Source of the DNA: an uncultured Planctomycetota bacterium
GTDB taxonomy: Bacteria > Planctomycetota > Planctomycetia > Isosphaerales > Isosphaeraceae
Length of the DNA stretch: 64,000 nt
Direction: 5' to 3'
NCBI GenBank assembly: GCA_963823665.1
Contig: CAWGMQ010000006.1
Span: forward strand, 160,001 to 224,000
The translations under genes were made by a program, and so were the position numbers. The notes under the pieces were generated by a model. The model was given only the letters and a program-made list of their open reading frames with translations, was not told the origin of the DNA and did not search any database. Positions 53,700 through 64,000 of the stretch are shown here, piece by piece (within the stretch, counting starts at the first letter, position 1; each line of letters starts with the position of its first letter).

Positions 53700-55430
53700 T
53701 CACGCGAACGGGATCGACAGTGTGAATGTCGCGCCTTTGGCGCTGTTCTCCTCCAGCTTCAAGTCGCCGCCCAGCGCGCGGGCCAGCCGGCGCGAAAGCG
53801 CCAGCCCCAGCCCGACTCCCGGCGCCGATTGCGCCGCATCGTTCGCCGACTTCGAGAACGGCCGGAACAGCCGCCGGATCACTTTTTCGTTCAAACCCGG
53901 TCCATGGTCCCGCACTCGAATCTCGAGCGCTCGCCCCGCCTGCCCAACTTCGATGTGGATTCGCCGGTCAAGAGCACTGCCGGCGTATTTGATCGCATTA
54001 TCGATTAAATTGGTAAGAATCTGTTCAATGACAGACACGTCGATGCGCACGCTCGGCAGCACCGCGGGCGCCGTGGCATCGAGCGTCATGCCGGCCTGCT
54101 CCGCCCGAAGCGCGAGGCGAGGAACCAGCCGATCAACCAGCTCCTGTGGCGCGACGATTTCGTGGCCTCCTGAGGCGCGACCGCGCTCAAGCCTTGCAAA
54201 CGCCAGCACGTTCTCGACCAGGTGACCCAGCCTGTCGGCCTCGGCGCGAATCGTTTTCAAATAAGCTTGCCGCGATTGCTCGCTCGCGACCATCCCCTCG
54301 TCAAGCATCTCGGTGTAGAGGCGAAACGTCGTCAGCGGCGTGCGCAGCTCGTGCGTCACCGCCGATACGAAAGTCCCCCGCCGCTCGGAGAGCGCCAGCG
54401 CACTCTGAAGCACCACAGCAACGGCCACCGCGGCGAGCCCCAGGCACGCCCAGGCGATCAAGAGAGAAAGCCGCACCGGCGACCAGCGCGGATCTCCCTC
54501 ATCCGGCGCCGGCTCGAAATCAAGCAGCACCGGCAGCGAGGCCAGCATCCGGGTTGGTTGGGGCGCTGCTTGCACGGGCACCTTCTCCAGCCGGGCTCGC
54601 GGCAGAAGATCGGCCGCACGCTCCATCAGGTCCGCTCGAATCACATCCCAGTCGAGCCAGCAACCTTGCAGGAAAGCCCCCTCGGAAACACGCACCCGCC
54701 GCGCCAGGAGCAATGTCGAACCGATCCAGACGGCCTGGAGCGGCCCCTGGCTGACGGACGTTCGCGTCCAGAGCGACTGCACCTCCGCCGGCGCCTGGCT
54801 CTGGGCCAGTTTCGAGTTGCGCGATCGCATCATGTATTCATTCGAGCTACGCGACTGCCGTTTCTGTAAATCCGCCAGAGTGGTCACGTCCACCGCTTGC
54901 GCGATCGGGTCGTCGACGAGCAGCGCGGCGGCGAGCTCCTTGCGGTTGATCAACTTGCCCAGCTCCTCGAGCCGGCGCGAAGCTTCCTCGAGTAGCGCGG
55001 CGGAGAGGTAGCGGGCCTCGGCCACGTCGCGCATGTTGCCCGCGGGAACTTGCGGCGAGGTCAGGCGGCCGTCGGGCCCAAACTGGAAATGAAGGCGAAT
55101 CTGAGGCGATCTGAATGTCAAGAGCGGCGATGGCATCAGCACGTCGCCGCGGTCGATCTCGGCGAACATACGGGTCAACGCAAGATCGGCAGGGTAGAGC
55201 GGGCTGTACGTGAAGTACGGACGTGCGCTCTCCTCGGCCATCAGCGGCTGAAGCGCCGAATCCATTCTCCAGAGCGCCAGTTGCAGGTTTTCTTCCAGCG
55301 CCGCCTGCCTCCGCGCCTTCGCCTCGGCACGCTCCAGCTCAAGCGCCATCCCGCCCAGGCGGGCCATCGCTCCGGCGGCAAGCGCGACGCAAAGGCCAAA
55401 GACGAGCCAGACCGCTCCCAGCCGTTTCAT
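53700..55430 (-). CDS. Sensor histidine kinase
   Basis: Two TMs, VTHELRTP, NLIDNAIKY, DHGPG, GVGLGL. Confidence 0.92.
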   Translation of the reverse strand: MKRLGAVWLVFGLCVALAAGAMARLGGMALELERAEAKARRQAALEENLQLALWRMDSALQPLMAEESARPYFTYSPLYPADLALTRMFAEIDRGDVLMPSPLLTFRSPQIRLHFQFGPDGRLTSPQVPAGNMRDVAEARYLSAALLEEASRRLEELGKLINRKELAAALLVDDPIAQAVDVTTLADLQKRQSRSSNEYMMRSRNSKLAQSQAPAEVQSLWTRTSVSQGPLQAVWIGSTLLLARRVRVSEGAFLQGCWLDWDVIRADLMERAADLLPRARLEKVPVQAAPQPTRMLASLPVLLDFEPAPDEGDPRWSPVRLSLLIAWACLGLAAVAVAVVLQSALALSERRGTFVSAVTHELRTPLTTFRLYTEMLDEGMVASEQSRQAYLKTIRAEADRLGHLVENVLAFARLERGRASGGHEIVAPQELVDRLVPRLALRAEQAGMTLDATAPAVLPSVRIDVSVIEQILTNLIDNAIKYAGSALDRRIHIEVGQAGRALEIRVRDHGPGLNEKVIRRLFRPFSKSANDAAQSAPGVGLGLALSRRLARALGGDLKLEENSAKGATFTLSIPFA

Positions 55431-55431
55431 C

Positions 55432-56137
55432 TTATCTTGGCCTCGCCGCGGCAAGCATGTAACCCTGGCCCCGCACGGTCAGCACGATTCGCGGGCTCCC
55501 CTTGTCATCGCGCAGCTTCTCGCGCAGCCGCGCGATGTGCATGTCAATTGTCCGCGTGGTGATTCCCGCCGGGTCCAGGCCCCACACCCGGGCCAGCAGC
55601 TCGTCACGCGAGACCGCTCTCCCGGCATGGCAGGCGAGATAGTGCAAGCAGCTCCCGCTCGCGCTCCGAAAGCTCGCACCGCTCGCCATCGTCAAACTCC
55701 ACTTCGTGTCGCTCGAGGTCGGCCAGCCCCCCCTCAAAAGCCAGCCGTTGCACCGCTGGAGGTCGACTCGGGGCCCTCCTCAGAACCGCTTCAATCCGGG
55801 CCAGCAGCTCCTTGATCGAGAACGGCTTGACCACGTAGTCGTCTGCCCCCAGCGCCAGTCCACGCACGCGATCGTCTTCCGACCCCCGCGCCGTCAGGAT
55901 GATCACCGGCAGACCTCGCCGCAGCGCGCGCAGCTCGCGCAAGATCGCCAGGCCGTCCTTCCCCGGCAAGACCAGGTCCAGCAGAAGCAGGTCGCACTCC
56001 GACGCGAGGGCCGCGGCAAGCCCCGCGGCCCCCTCGCTCGCTTCTTGCGTGGCATATCCGGCGAAGGCGAGCGCATCCACCAGGCCCCGCCGGATCGCCG
56101 GATCGTCCTCGACAACCAGGATTCGCTTGCTGCCCAT
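55432..56137 (-). CDS. OmpR-family response regulator (frameshift near 55645)
   Basis: ILVVEDD, LLDLVLP, GADDYVVKPF; wHTH TRTIDMHIARLR, TVRGQGY. Confidence 0.9.
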
Positions 56138-56141
56138 GAGC

Positions 56142-57278
56142 TCACTCAAATGTGAAATTGTTGCGTGCGGCCTGAGCGCGAATCGCCTTGGAGATCGCTT
56201 GTTCGAGCGTCTGCTCCCTCCCGCCCGAGTTCTTCTTCCGCTCGGCTGCAAGAAAGGCCTCACGCTCCTGGTTCAATTTGAGGATCTTCTTCTGTATGTC
56301 CTCTCGCTCCTTGCGGGCCGCTTCCACCTTCGCCTTCCGCCCCGCCTGATCGAGCTTCTGCATGTCTTCGGGCAGCTCTTCCGTCTTCACGTCCTCGAGC
56401 TTGCATTTGCCGTTCGTGATCGCGTCGACCAGGTCCCAGCCGTCGTTGCAGTAAAACGCATTCACCTTGGAGAGCGAACGAGTCGCGAGCACACTCTGCG
56501 ACGAATTGCCGGCGTTCGCGTCTTGAGCCGATTGCCGCGCCTGCCCGGCCACCCCCATCTTACCATACGGCAGATACGTCTTGTTCAGTTGCACGCCGAG
56601 CTGAGCGATCACCGCATCCTGGGGAGTCGGGATCTCGACGATTTTCTGATTCTGGTCAATGTTCATATAACGGCCGTCGGCGAGGAGCGCTCCATCGTTC
56701 CAGCCCGTCTGTCGCCCTTCCGCGTTCCCGCCGCAGAAAATCGTGTTCACCAGAATCCCCCGCTCGATCGCGCTCTTGCACGCATCGCGGAAATTGACCG
56801 ACCCCTGCGAGAACGGCTCATTCCCCGCGATGAAGATGGCCTTGTACACGTCACGCGACGGGCTCCACTCCAGCCGCTTGACGGCGTCGCGGATCACCCA
56901 GCCGCAGTACTCCTGGCCCCCGTTGGTCTTGAGTGCGAACAATTCCTCCGAGACGCGGTCGAGGTCGTCCGTCAGCGGCAGGATCAACCGAACGAAGCCT
57001 TCCTGCGCGGGGAGCGTTTGCTTCCCATATTCGAACAGAGCCACCTCGATCGCCGGCTGCCGCCCGTCCTTGCGGGCCCGAATGAACTCGTTGACCACAT
57101 TCCAGAGCTGCGTCTTCGCCTGCGCGATCAGGCCGTCCATGCTGTTGCTGGTGTCAAGCAAGATGGCGATCTGCACCCGTGGCCGCGGTGGCGCTACATC
57201 CTTGGGGCGGGCCTGCCTGCAAGGCATCGGATCGGATCCGATTACGAGAGACAGCGCGAATAGGAGAGCGTGAGTCAT
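56142..57278 (-). CDS. Secreted vWA domain protein
   Basis: Signal peptide; LLDTSNSM MIDAS, IAGNEP. Confidence 0.85.
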   Translation of the reverse strand: MTHALLFALSLVIGSDPMPCRQARPKDVAPPRPRVQIAILLDTSNSMDGLIAQAKTQLWNVVNEFIRARKDGRQPAIEVALFEYGKQTLPAQEGFVRLILPLTDDLDRVSEELFALKTNGGQEYCGWVIRDAVKRLEWSPSRDVYKAIFIAGNEPFSQGSVNFRDACKSAIERGILVNTIFCGGNAEGRQTGWNDGALLADGRYMNIDQNQKIVEIPTPQDAVIAQLGVQLNKTYLPYGKMGVAGQARQSAQDANAGNSSQSVLATRSLSKVNAFYCNDGWDLVDAITNGKCKLEDVKTEELPEDMQKLDQAGRKAKVEAARKEREDIQKKILKLNQEREAFLAAERKKNSGGREQTLEQAISKAIRAQAARNNFTFE

Positions 57279-57335
57279 GGAAACTCCTCCATCAAGAGTG
57301 AGAGAAACTCGAACACAGTTTGAATGACGAGGTGA

Positions 57336-59592
57336 TCAGGGCACCTGGTCGGGCGCCTTGACGAGAACCCGCTGGCCATCGACCAGCATCAAGATGTCGC
57401 CCTTGAGTGCGATGCTTCCCTCTCGCCCCTCGCGCCAGCTTGGCGGCGAGATCGCGAAATTCCTGGGACCCGAATGTGACAACCCTCGCCGGCGCAGCCT
57501 GGCCCTCGCTCGTGACCAGCCGGCTGTCCACCCAGCGGCTGCCTCGCTTGTAAAACGCCAGGTCGCAAACCTGCTGCACCGCCGCCGTGGCAACCTTGTT
57601 CATCGATGCATCATAGAATTCGTTACGCGGGTTTGCACACATGAGCGCTTTCTGGTTCTGGTTATTCAGGTCTTGATTCACCGACGACAGCCCGCTCCGG
57701 GTCTGCATCGCGCGGTTGCGAAACAGGTTCTCGGCCTCGGAGAGCACCTTGTCCTTCTGCGAAAAATCCGTCCCCTCGCGGGCCAGGAACGCGGTGTACT
57801 CGGTGAGAATGCCGAACTCGGTCGAGAGCCTGACGATCTCGTCGACCAGCTCGCGCGATGCGGTGTTCATCGTGTTCTTGGCTGCGCTTGAGAGAACTCC
57901 CGCGGTCCCTCCCTGTTCGCGAATCGCGTCCACGAGCAAGCCGATCTTGCGGCTGGCCCACAGCCGCGGCACAAACCCGTTGCGCGTCGTCGCCTGGTCG
58001 AGCGTTAGCTTGAACTGGAAGACGCGCGGCGTCCCGCGATAGTTGCCCCGCAGCGTGAACTCGAGCGGCTCGTCGCCCGAATACTGGCCCAGGAGCACGA
58101 TCTGATCGCCCTCGAAAAGATCGGGAAGCCGCGCCGGAATCAGCTCCCGCGCGCGCCGTCGTGTCGCCCCCTCGCCGATTGCCAGCGCCGGGTCGGCCAG
58201 CATTGGGCCCTGCAATCGCTCGAACACCACCCCCACCTTCACCTCGACATCCTCGCCCGGCAGCACGAACGTCGTCGTCGCCCGGCTCTCATACGAGATC
58301 TTTTCCAGCAGCGGCGTGTTCACGTCCACGCCGACGCCGAACGTGAAGACTCTCCGCCCATGCTTGTTGCCTTTGAGCGCCAGCTCGCGAATCGCGGCTT
58401 CGGAAGTCTGGCCGACCGTCGCCAGCCCGTCGGTCATGAACAGCACGATCGGCAGCGCTCCATCCGCCGGCGGCTGCCGCAGCGCTTCCAGCAGCGCATC
58501 GTGGATGTTCGTGCCTCCCCGCGCGGTCATCCCCGCCAGGAATTCCTCGGCGTCCTTCATCGTCGCCCGCGACTTGCGCACCGGCCGCTCGGAAAACGGC
58601 TCGACTCCTTCGTTATACAGGATGATGTTGAACGACTCGCCTTGATCGAGACCGGCCAGCACTTGCAGCGCGGCCTCGCGCACCTGGTCGAGCTTCCCGC
58701 CCCGCATGCTCCCCGAGTGGTCGATGACCAGCGTCACCTCGCGCTTCAGCCCGGCGTGATCCCGCCCGGCCGCCTGAGGCGGCAATCCCGCCAGCAGCAG
58801 GAAATAGCCGCCGCCGATCTTGGGGTCGGGGTAGGCAAACAGTGAAGCAGAAACGCCCGCTCGCTCCCGCAGGAACGACAGCCGGAACGCTCCGGGCTCA
58901 CTCGCCGCCTCAGGCGGAAGCTCGACGGCCGCCTCACTCCCCGTCTTCCGCACGGTCTTGAGCCGATGGCTCGGCGAATAGACCGCGGAGACCGGTGTGC
59001 CCGAGGAAATCTTGACCACGATCTTCCACGGAACCGTGTATTCGACCGACTCGCTCCGCGGCAGAACGTAATCAACCCGATCGCCGCTCACCGCCAGCAT
59101 GTGCTCGTATGTGAGGCGCACAGCCTGGTTTCCGCCCGGCTCGACGGGAAAGACCGTCGAGCGCACCAGATTGAACCCGGCAAACTCGAGCAAGGCCGGG
59201 TCGCGCGCCTGTGTGACGATGCGATCATAAGTCTCGCGCGCCTCCTCACGCGAGAGCAGCCGGGCCGAGGGCTCGGCACCCGCACCCTGAAACGCGAACC
59301 CGCGCACCACCGCGCCCTCGGGCACGGGAACCAGGAGCGCGGCCTCCTGACGAATCCCGCTCGGGTTGTGCAGGTGAATCTCCATCATCGTGGTGGCGAT
59401 CCGGTCGCGAATGACGACGCCGGCGGTCACGCCCGTGATCTGCAGAGCCGCCGAGTGCGCCAGACCGTACACGCGGGCCTGAGGCACCACCATCTGCGAC
59501 GGCCACGGCCGCCCGCGGGGATCCTGTGCGCGGGCAGCCCCGGGTAAAGCAACGGCCGTCAGAACAAGCACGGAAACCCAGCGACGTCTCAT
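57336..59592 (-). CDS. Secreted VIT + vWA domain protein (frameshift near 57430)
   Basis: Signal peptide; VIT (DPALLE), IDHSGSM MIDAS, GGTNI, FMTDG, RLWA, TEYTAFL. Confidence 0.88.
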
Positions 59593-59662
59593 GGCAGTCC
59601 CCTCCGTTACGGCGCTCGATCGGAATTCCACTTCCCGATCATACGCGTTCGGAAGGCGATGA

Positions 59663-59682
59663 TTTGTCACACGTTTGTAACA
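59663..59682 (-). promoter_or_regulatory. OmpR/PhoB-type tandem direct repeat
   Basis: TTTGTCACA-CG-TTTGTAACA, 11-bp period, about 70 bp upstream of the VIT-vWA start. Confidence 0.55.
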
Positions 59683-59876
59683 ACGCGACGAGCGATCGAT
59701 CGGTCAATCGAACCGTTACATCCGCCAGGGTCGCTCAAGTTGACAGGGCCGCCGGTCGATCCCTATTGAGGGAGCGCCTCTTCCCCAGAGCTCGCCTTCG
59801 CGCCCCGACTTCTCCGCCGCGATCCGGCGATCACCGTCTTTCGCGGGCCCTCGAATGTTCTCGCCAGCATCAACAA

Positions 59877-61282
59877 TCAACCATAAAGCGGCGAAATCTC
59901 ATCGCCGTAGGAAAGCCGGATTGGCCGTCCGAGCCGGTCGCGCAGCTCGTGCGCAGGGTCGATTCCCAGCGCCCGATAAACCGTGGCGGCAAAATCGCCA
60001 GGCGTGAACGGACGGCTCGCCGGGTAGGCTCCGATCCGGTCCGATTGCCCGATCGTCTGCCCGCCGCGCACGCCGGCGCCGGCAAACACGGCGGAGAACA
60101 CGTTCGACCAGTGGTCGCGCCCGTCGCGGGAATTCACGTTGCCCGTGCTCGAGCCAATGCGCGGAGTCCGCCCGAACTCCCCGGTAACAATCACGAGCGT
60201 CTCGTCCAGCATTCCCTGCACGCGCAGGTCGTCGAGCAGGGCCGCCACGCCGCGATCGAGCGGCGGGAGCAACCGGCTCTTGAGTGACTTGAAGTTCTGC
60301 GAGTGCGTGTCCCACGTCTGCACGCGCCCCATGTTCACCTGAACGACCGGCACTCCGGCGGCGACCAGCCGCCGCGCCAGCAGCAGCGACTGCCCGTACA
60401 TATGCCTGCCGTATCGATCGCGCAGCCGCGGGTCTTCGCGATTCAGATCGAAGGCGCGGGCCACCTTGCCGGAAAGCAGCAGGGAATACGCCCGCTCGAT
60501 CTGCTCGGCGAACGGATCCTTGCGCTCGTTCGCTTTCTCGGTGATCTCGTCGACACTCCGGCCCACCTGATCCAGCAGCGACTTTCGCCGATCAAGCCGT
60601 TCGACCGAGAGCCCCTCGGGTAACGCCAGCCCCTCGAAGCCGAAACCCGGCCGATTTGGGTCCTGACGCACCTGCCATGGGTCGTGCCGCGGCCCCAGAA
60701 ACCCGGCATGCTGGCCCGGCCAGATGAGCGGCCCTTCCATCAGGAATGTCGGCAGCGTCACCCCGCTGGGAACGCCGTCGGCACGCGGACGAATCGCGTC
60801 GACCGCCGAGGCGTAACACGGATAATCGTCGCGCGAGGCAATCTTGTCAAAGAACGCACCCGGCTGAGAATGGCCGGTCAGAAGCTCGTGGGTCGCGTTC
60901 AGGTGGTTCGTGTAATGATGGGCCAGTCGAGCGCACCACAGCCAGCGAGCCCGCCCGCGCGGCAAACTCCGGCAAGTGCTCGCACATCGAGATCCCAGGC
61001 ACCGCCGTCGCGATCGGCTTGAACTCGCCGCGGATCCCCTCGGGCGCATCCGGCTTCATGTCGAAAGAATCAAGATGGCTCAAGCCCCCGGTCAAGAAAA
61101 CCAGGATCACGGACTTGGCCCGCGGCCGCCTGCCCTCGCCCTGCCCCGGCTTCGCTTCGCGCCCGGCACGGGCCCTGGCCGCCAGCAGCGTCGGATAAAC
61201 CGAATCCCAGAAGCCCCGAGAAACCCACCTGGATGAACTCGCGGCGAACAAATCCAACACCATGCCGGTGCATTGTTTCCAT
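59877..61282 (-). CDS. DUF1501 domain protein (two frameshifts)
   Basis: RREF twin-Arg-like leader, GGLSHLDSFDMKP, WDTH, GEFGRTP, GRDHW. Confidence 0.88.
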
Positions 61283-61493
61283 TCCGTTTCCCAACTGCAC
61301 CAGAGTCTTGCGGCGTTCCCGCTCAGTGCCAAAAGTTGTTTAACCGAATTTTAACACGAAGCGCGAGTTGCGCCCAAACAATTTACGCCCTTGTAAGTAT
61401 CGGGTACCGTGTATCGCCCCGTCCACGGACTGTTGTAGAATGCCCAAACGCTCACCTCCCCCAACTCTGGTCAACTTCACAGGGACGATTGCT

Positions 61494-63333
61494 ATGCGAA
61501 CCATTCTGGCGCTCATGGCCTCGCTCGGACTCACGCTCACCGCGGCGGCAATTCAGGCCGCCGCACCCGATGGCTCCTTTCAGGGCGAATGGCGCACCAC
61601 GATCAGCATCGTCAAGCTCGAGCAGAAGGGCAACGTCGTCACCGGAACGTATGGCAATGCCGGCCAGTTTCCCTTGAAAGGAACTGTAAAAGACAATGTG
61701 TTGACCTTTGAATACACCGAGGGGCAGGCCAAGGGAGAGGGCCGCTACGAGCTGGACTCCTCGGGTAACGCGTTCAAGGGCACCTTTCAGGTCAAGAACG
61801 GCCGGCGCGGAGAGTGGAACGGCTGGCGGCCTGACCCCAAAGCCACCTCGGGCAAGCTCGCGTCGTTCGGCGGGCTCTGGCTGACCGATCTCGGCTTGAT
61901 GGAACTGACGCAGGATGGCGCCGCCGTCAAGGGAGAGTACGCCCAGCGCGGCACGTCCAAGATCGAGGGCAAGGCGACCGGCCGGCGGCTCGAATTCCAG
62001 TTCACCAGCTTCCGGAACGGCAAGGGCTGGTTCGACCTCTCGCCCGACGGAAAATCCTTGAGCGGAGCCGCCAACACCGACGGCTTTCCCGGCTGGTTCG
62101 GCTGGAGCGGCCGGCCGGCGCCGTCGTTCGTGCGGCACGCGCCCCTGGTCGCAGGCAAAATGATCGATGGTTCCACCGCGAATCTTCTCACCTACTCGGT
62201 CCGCGCGCCCGAGGGCTACAAATCCGGCGACTCGCGCAAATGGCCCACGATCTTGATCCTTCACGGCTCGAACATGAACGCGCAAGCCTACGTTGCGACA
62301 ATCGCCTCAGCCTGGCCCGACATCGCCCGCGACTTCATCATCCTTGGCATCAACGGCGAGATTCCGTCCAGCACCGGCGACGACCCGGGCTTCAATTACA
62401 GCTACGTCAACTACGTCGGCCGCAGCACGTTCAAGGGCTTTCCCGGAACCGACCGCGAAAGCCCCGCCCTGGTCAGCCAGGCGATGACCGAGCTCAAAGA
62501 AGTCTACCCGATTGATCACTACTTGGTGGGCGGCCATTCTCAAGGCGGCTTCCTCACCTACAGCCTCTTGATGAATACGCCGGAATTGATCGCCGGCGCG
62601 TTTCCCATCTCGGCCGGCGTGATCTTTCAGTGCGAGCCCGACGTCTATACCGACGAAGCGCTCCGCAAAGCCCAGCGCAGCGTTCCTCTGGCGATCGTGC
62701 ACGCCAAGAACGACCCGGCCATGGGCTTCGGCATGGGCCAGTACGCCGCCACGCTTTATGGTGAAGCCGGCTGGCCCGCGTTCCAGTTCTTCACGGATGA
62801 TAACGCCGCTCACATGTTCGCCGCCTTCCCGTTGGCCCCGCGATCCGCTGGCTCGAGACATTCTCGTCGAATGATCCCAAGAAGCTGATCGACTTCGCCG
62901 CCGAGCGCGCAGGCAAGGAAGGTTACCGCGATGCCGTCGCCGCACTCAACCGCGCGAGAACACTCAAGCTAAGCGCCGCGCAGAAGAAACGCGCCGATGA
63001 AGTCACAAAGACAATCGATGCCAAGGCCGCCTCGGGCGCCCGCAAATACATGACCTTGATCCGATCCGCCAAGGACGGCGCCTGGATCGACGGGTTCCTG
63101 GCCTATCGCGACGACTTCGAGTTTGCTCGGCCCGCGCAGCGGTGATGGCCGCCTTTGCCGAGCTCCGCAAATTGCACGATACGGCCGCCAAGCAAGCTTT
63201 CGGCGAGGCCCGCCAGCTCTTTCAGCAAGGCAATCAAAACGGAGGCTACGCCAAGTATAAAGAGATCGTCGAAAAGTACTACGCGTCGCCTCTCTATCGC
63301 GTCGTCAAGCGCTCGCTCGAAGAGAGAAAGTAA
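61494..63333 (+). CDS. Secreted alpha/beta hydrolase with two N-terminal beta-barrel-like repeats (frameshifts near 62820 and 63140)
   Basis: Signal peptide; ILHGS, GHSQGG nucleophile elbow, HAKND, AH. Confidence 0.75.
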
Positions 63334-63639
63334 TTCCCAAAGTAGGTCAGGCTTCAGCCTGACGATCCGGCAAATTGCACTCGATTCCCCGATCAAGCTG
63401 AACCGCCCCTCGAGCGCAAAGCCGCCTTCCGCTCCATCAAAGTGCGGCCAATCGTGCCGCGCACAAAGTCGCCTTTCGCTCCGCGAAAGTGCGCGTGATA
63501 TGCACGCGCACGTTCGCGCTTCACTCCGACTTACACCCGTCGACCCAGTGCATCCTCACGAAGACGCGATCGCCGCTCCAAAAATACTCAAATTCGTCAG
63601 GGGCGAGCTTCAGCAAACGTTGAGCAAAGCCAAGGCTCG

Positions 63640-64000
63640 TTAACCCGCCGTTGAGATTGTGATCCGAAAGTCGAACACAACAGTCCTCATGTCATTGATC
63701 CATTTGTCTCGCTCCGCCGCGAAGTCGAACCACTCCCGGCCTGGCTCGGTCTTGCTCCACCGGCCAGCCGAATCCAGTCCCTCCTCTCCGAGTATTACCT
63801 CAATGCCGAGTCGGTCCACGAGGTGACTACCGCGGAGAAGCAACCGCTGGATCGCTTCGACCGACGTTCCCAGACACAACCCCCTCGGCTCGGTGATCAC
63901 GTCCGTGTTGAAGAGGATTGGGTACTCCTGTGCAATCCAGAAGTCATGTCGTATCGGCGCTCAGCGAATTCTCGATCAGGAATCGCGTGAGCTCCTCGGG
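63640..64000 (-). CDS. Hypothetical protein, C-terminal part (runs off window edge)
   Basis: Protein-like ORF ending at 63640; probable indel near 63950. Confidence 0.5.

Overview
GC-rich bacterial DNA, most likely a planctomycete (Isosphaeraceae-like). This is inferred from DUF1501, an LEPRxLL-type signal protein, a giant HEAT-repeat protein, ECF sigma factors and typical short palindromic repeats. About 50 coding regions are present. Many are broken by single indels, a pattern best explained by uncorrected long-read errors. Housekeeping and envelope genes include lptF/lptG, an ABC1/UbiB kinase, a fabF-ACP-acyltransferase operon, rny-ymdB, prpB and two-component systems. An accessory island at about 26.8-32.7 kb holds an ABC-ATPase plus DUF4276 pair and the best candidate for an undescribed system: an indel-free three-gene cassette encoding a Pol-beta-type nucleotidyltransferase, a P-loop nucleotide kinase and a SIR2-like NADase fused to a GAF-like domain, bracketed by a 16-bp direct repeat. 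It resembles a nucleotide-signalling anti-phage system. Other points are an ART-fold toxin-like gene with an in-frame stop, REP-like palindromes translated inside proteins, and an OmpR-type box upstream of a vWA/two-component operon. No rRNA, tRNA, CRISPR array or intact transposase/integrase was recognised. All family calls come from motif recognition by eye, not database searches.
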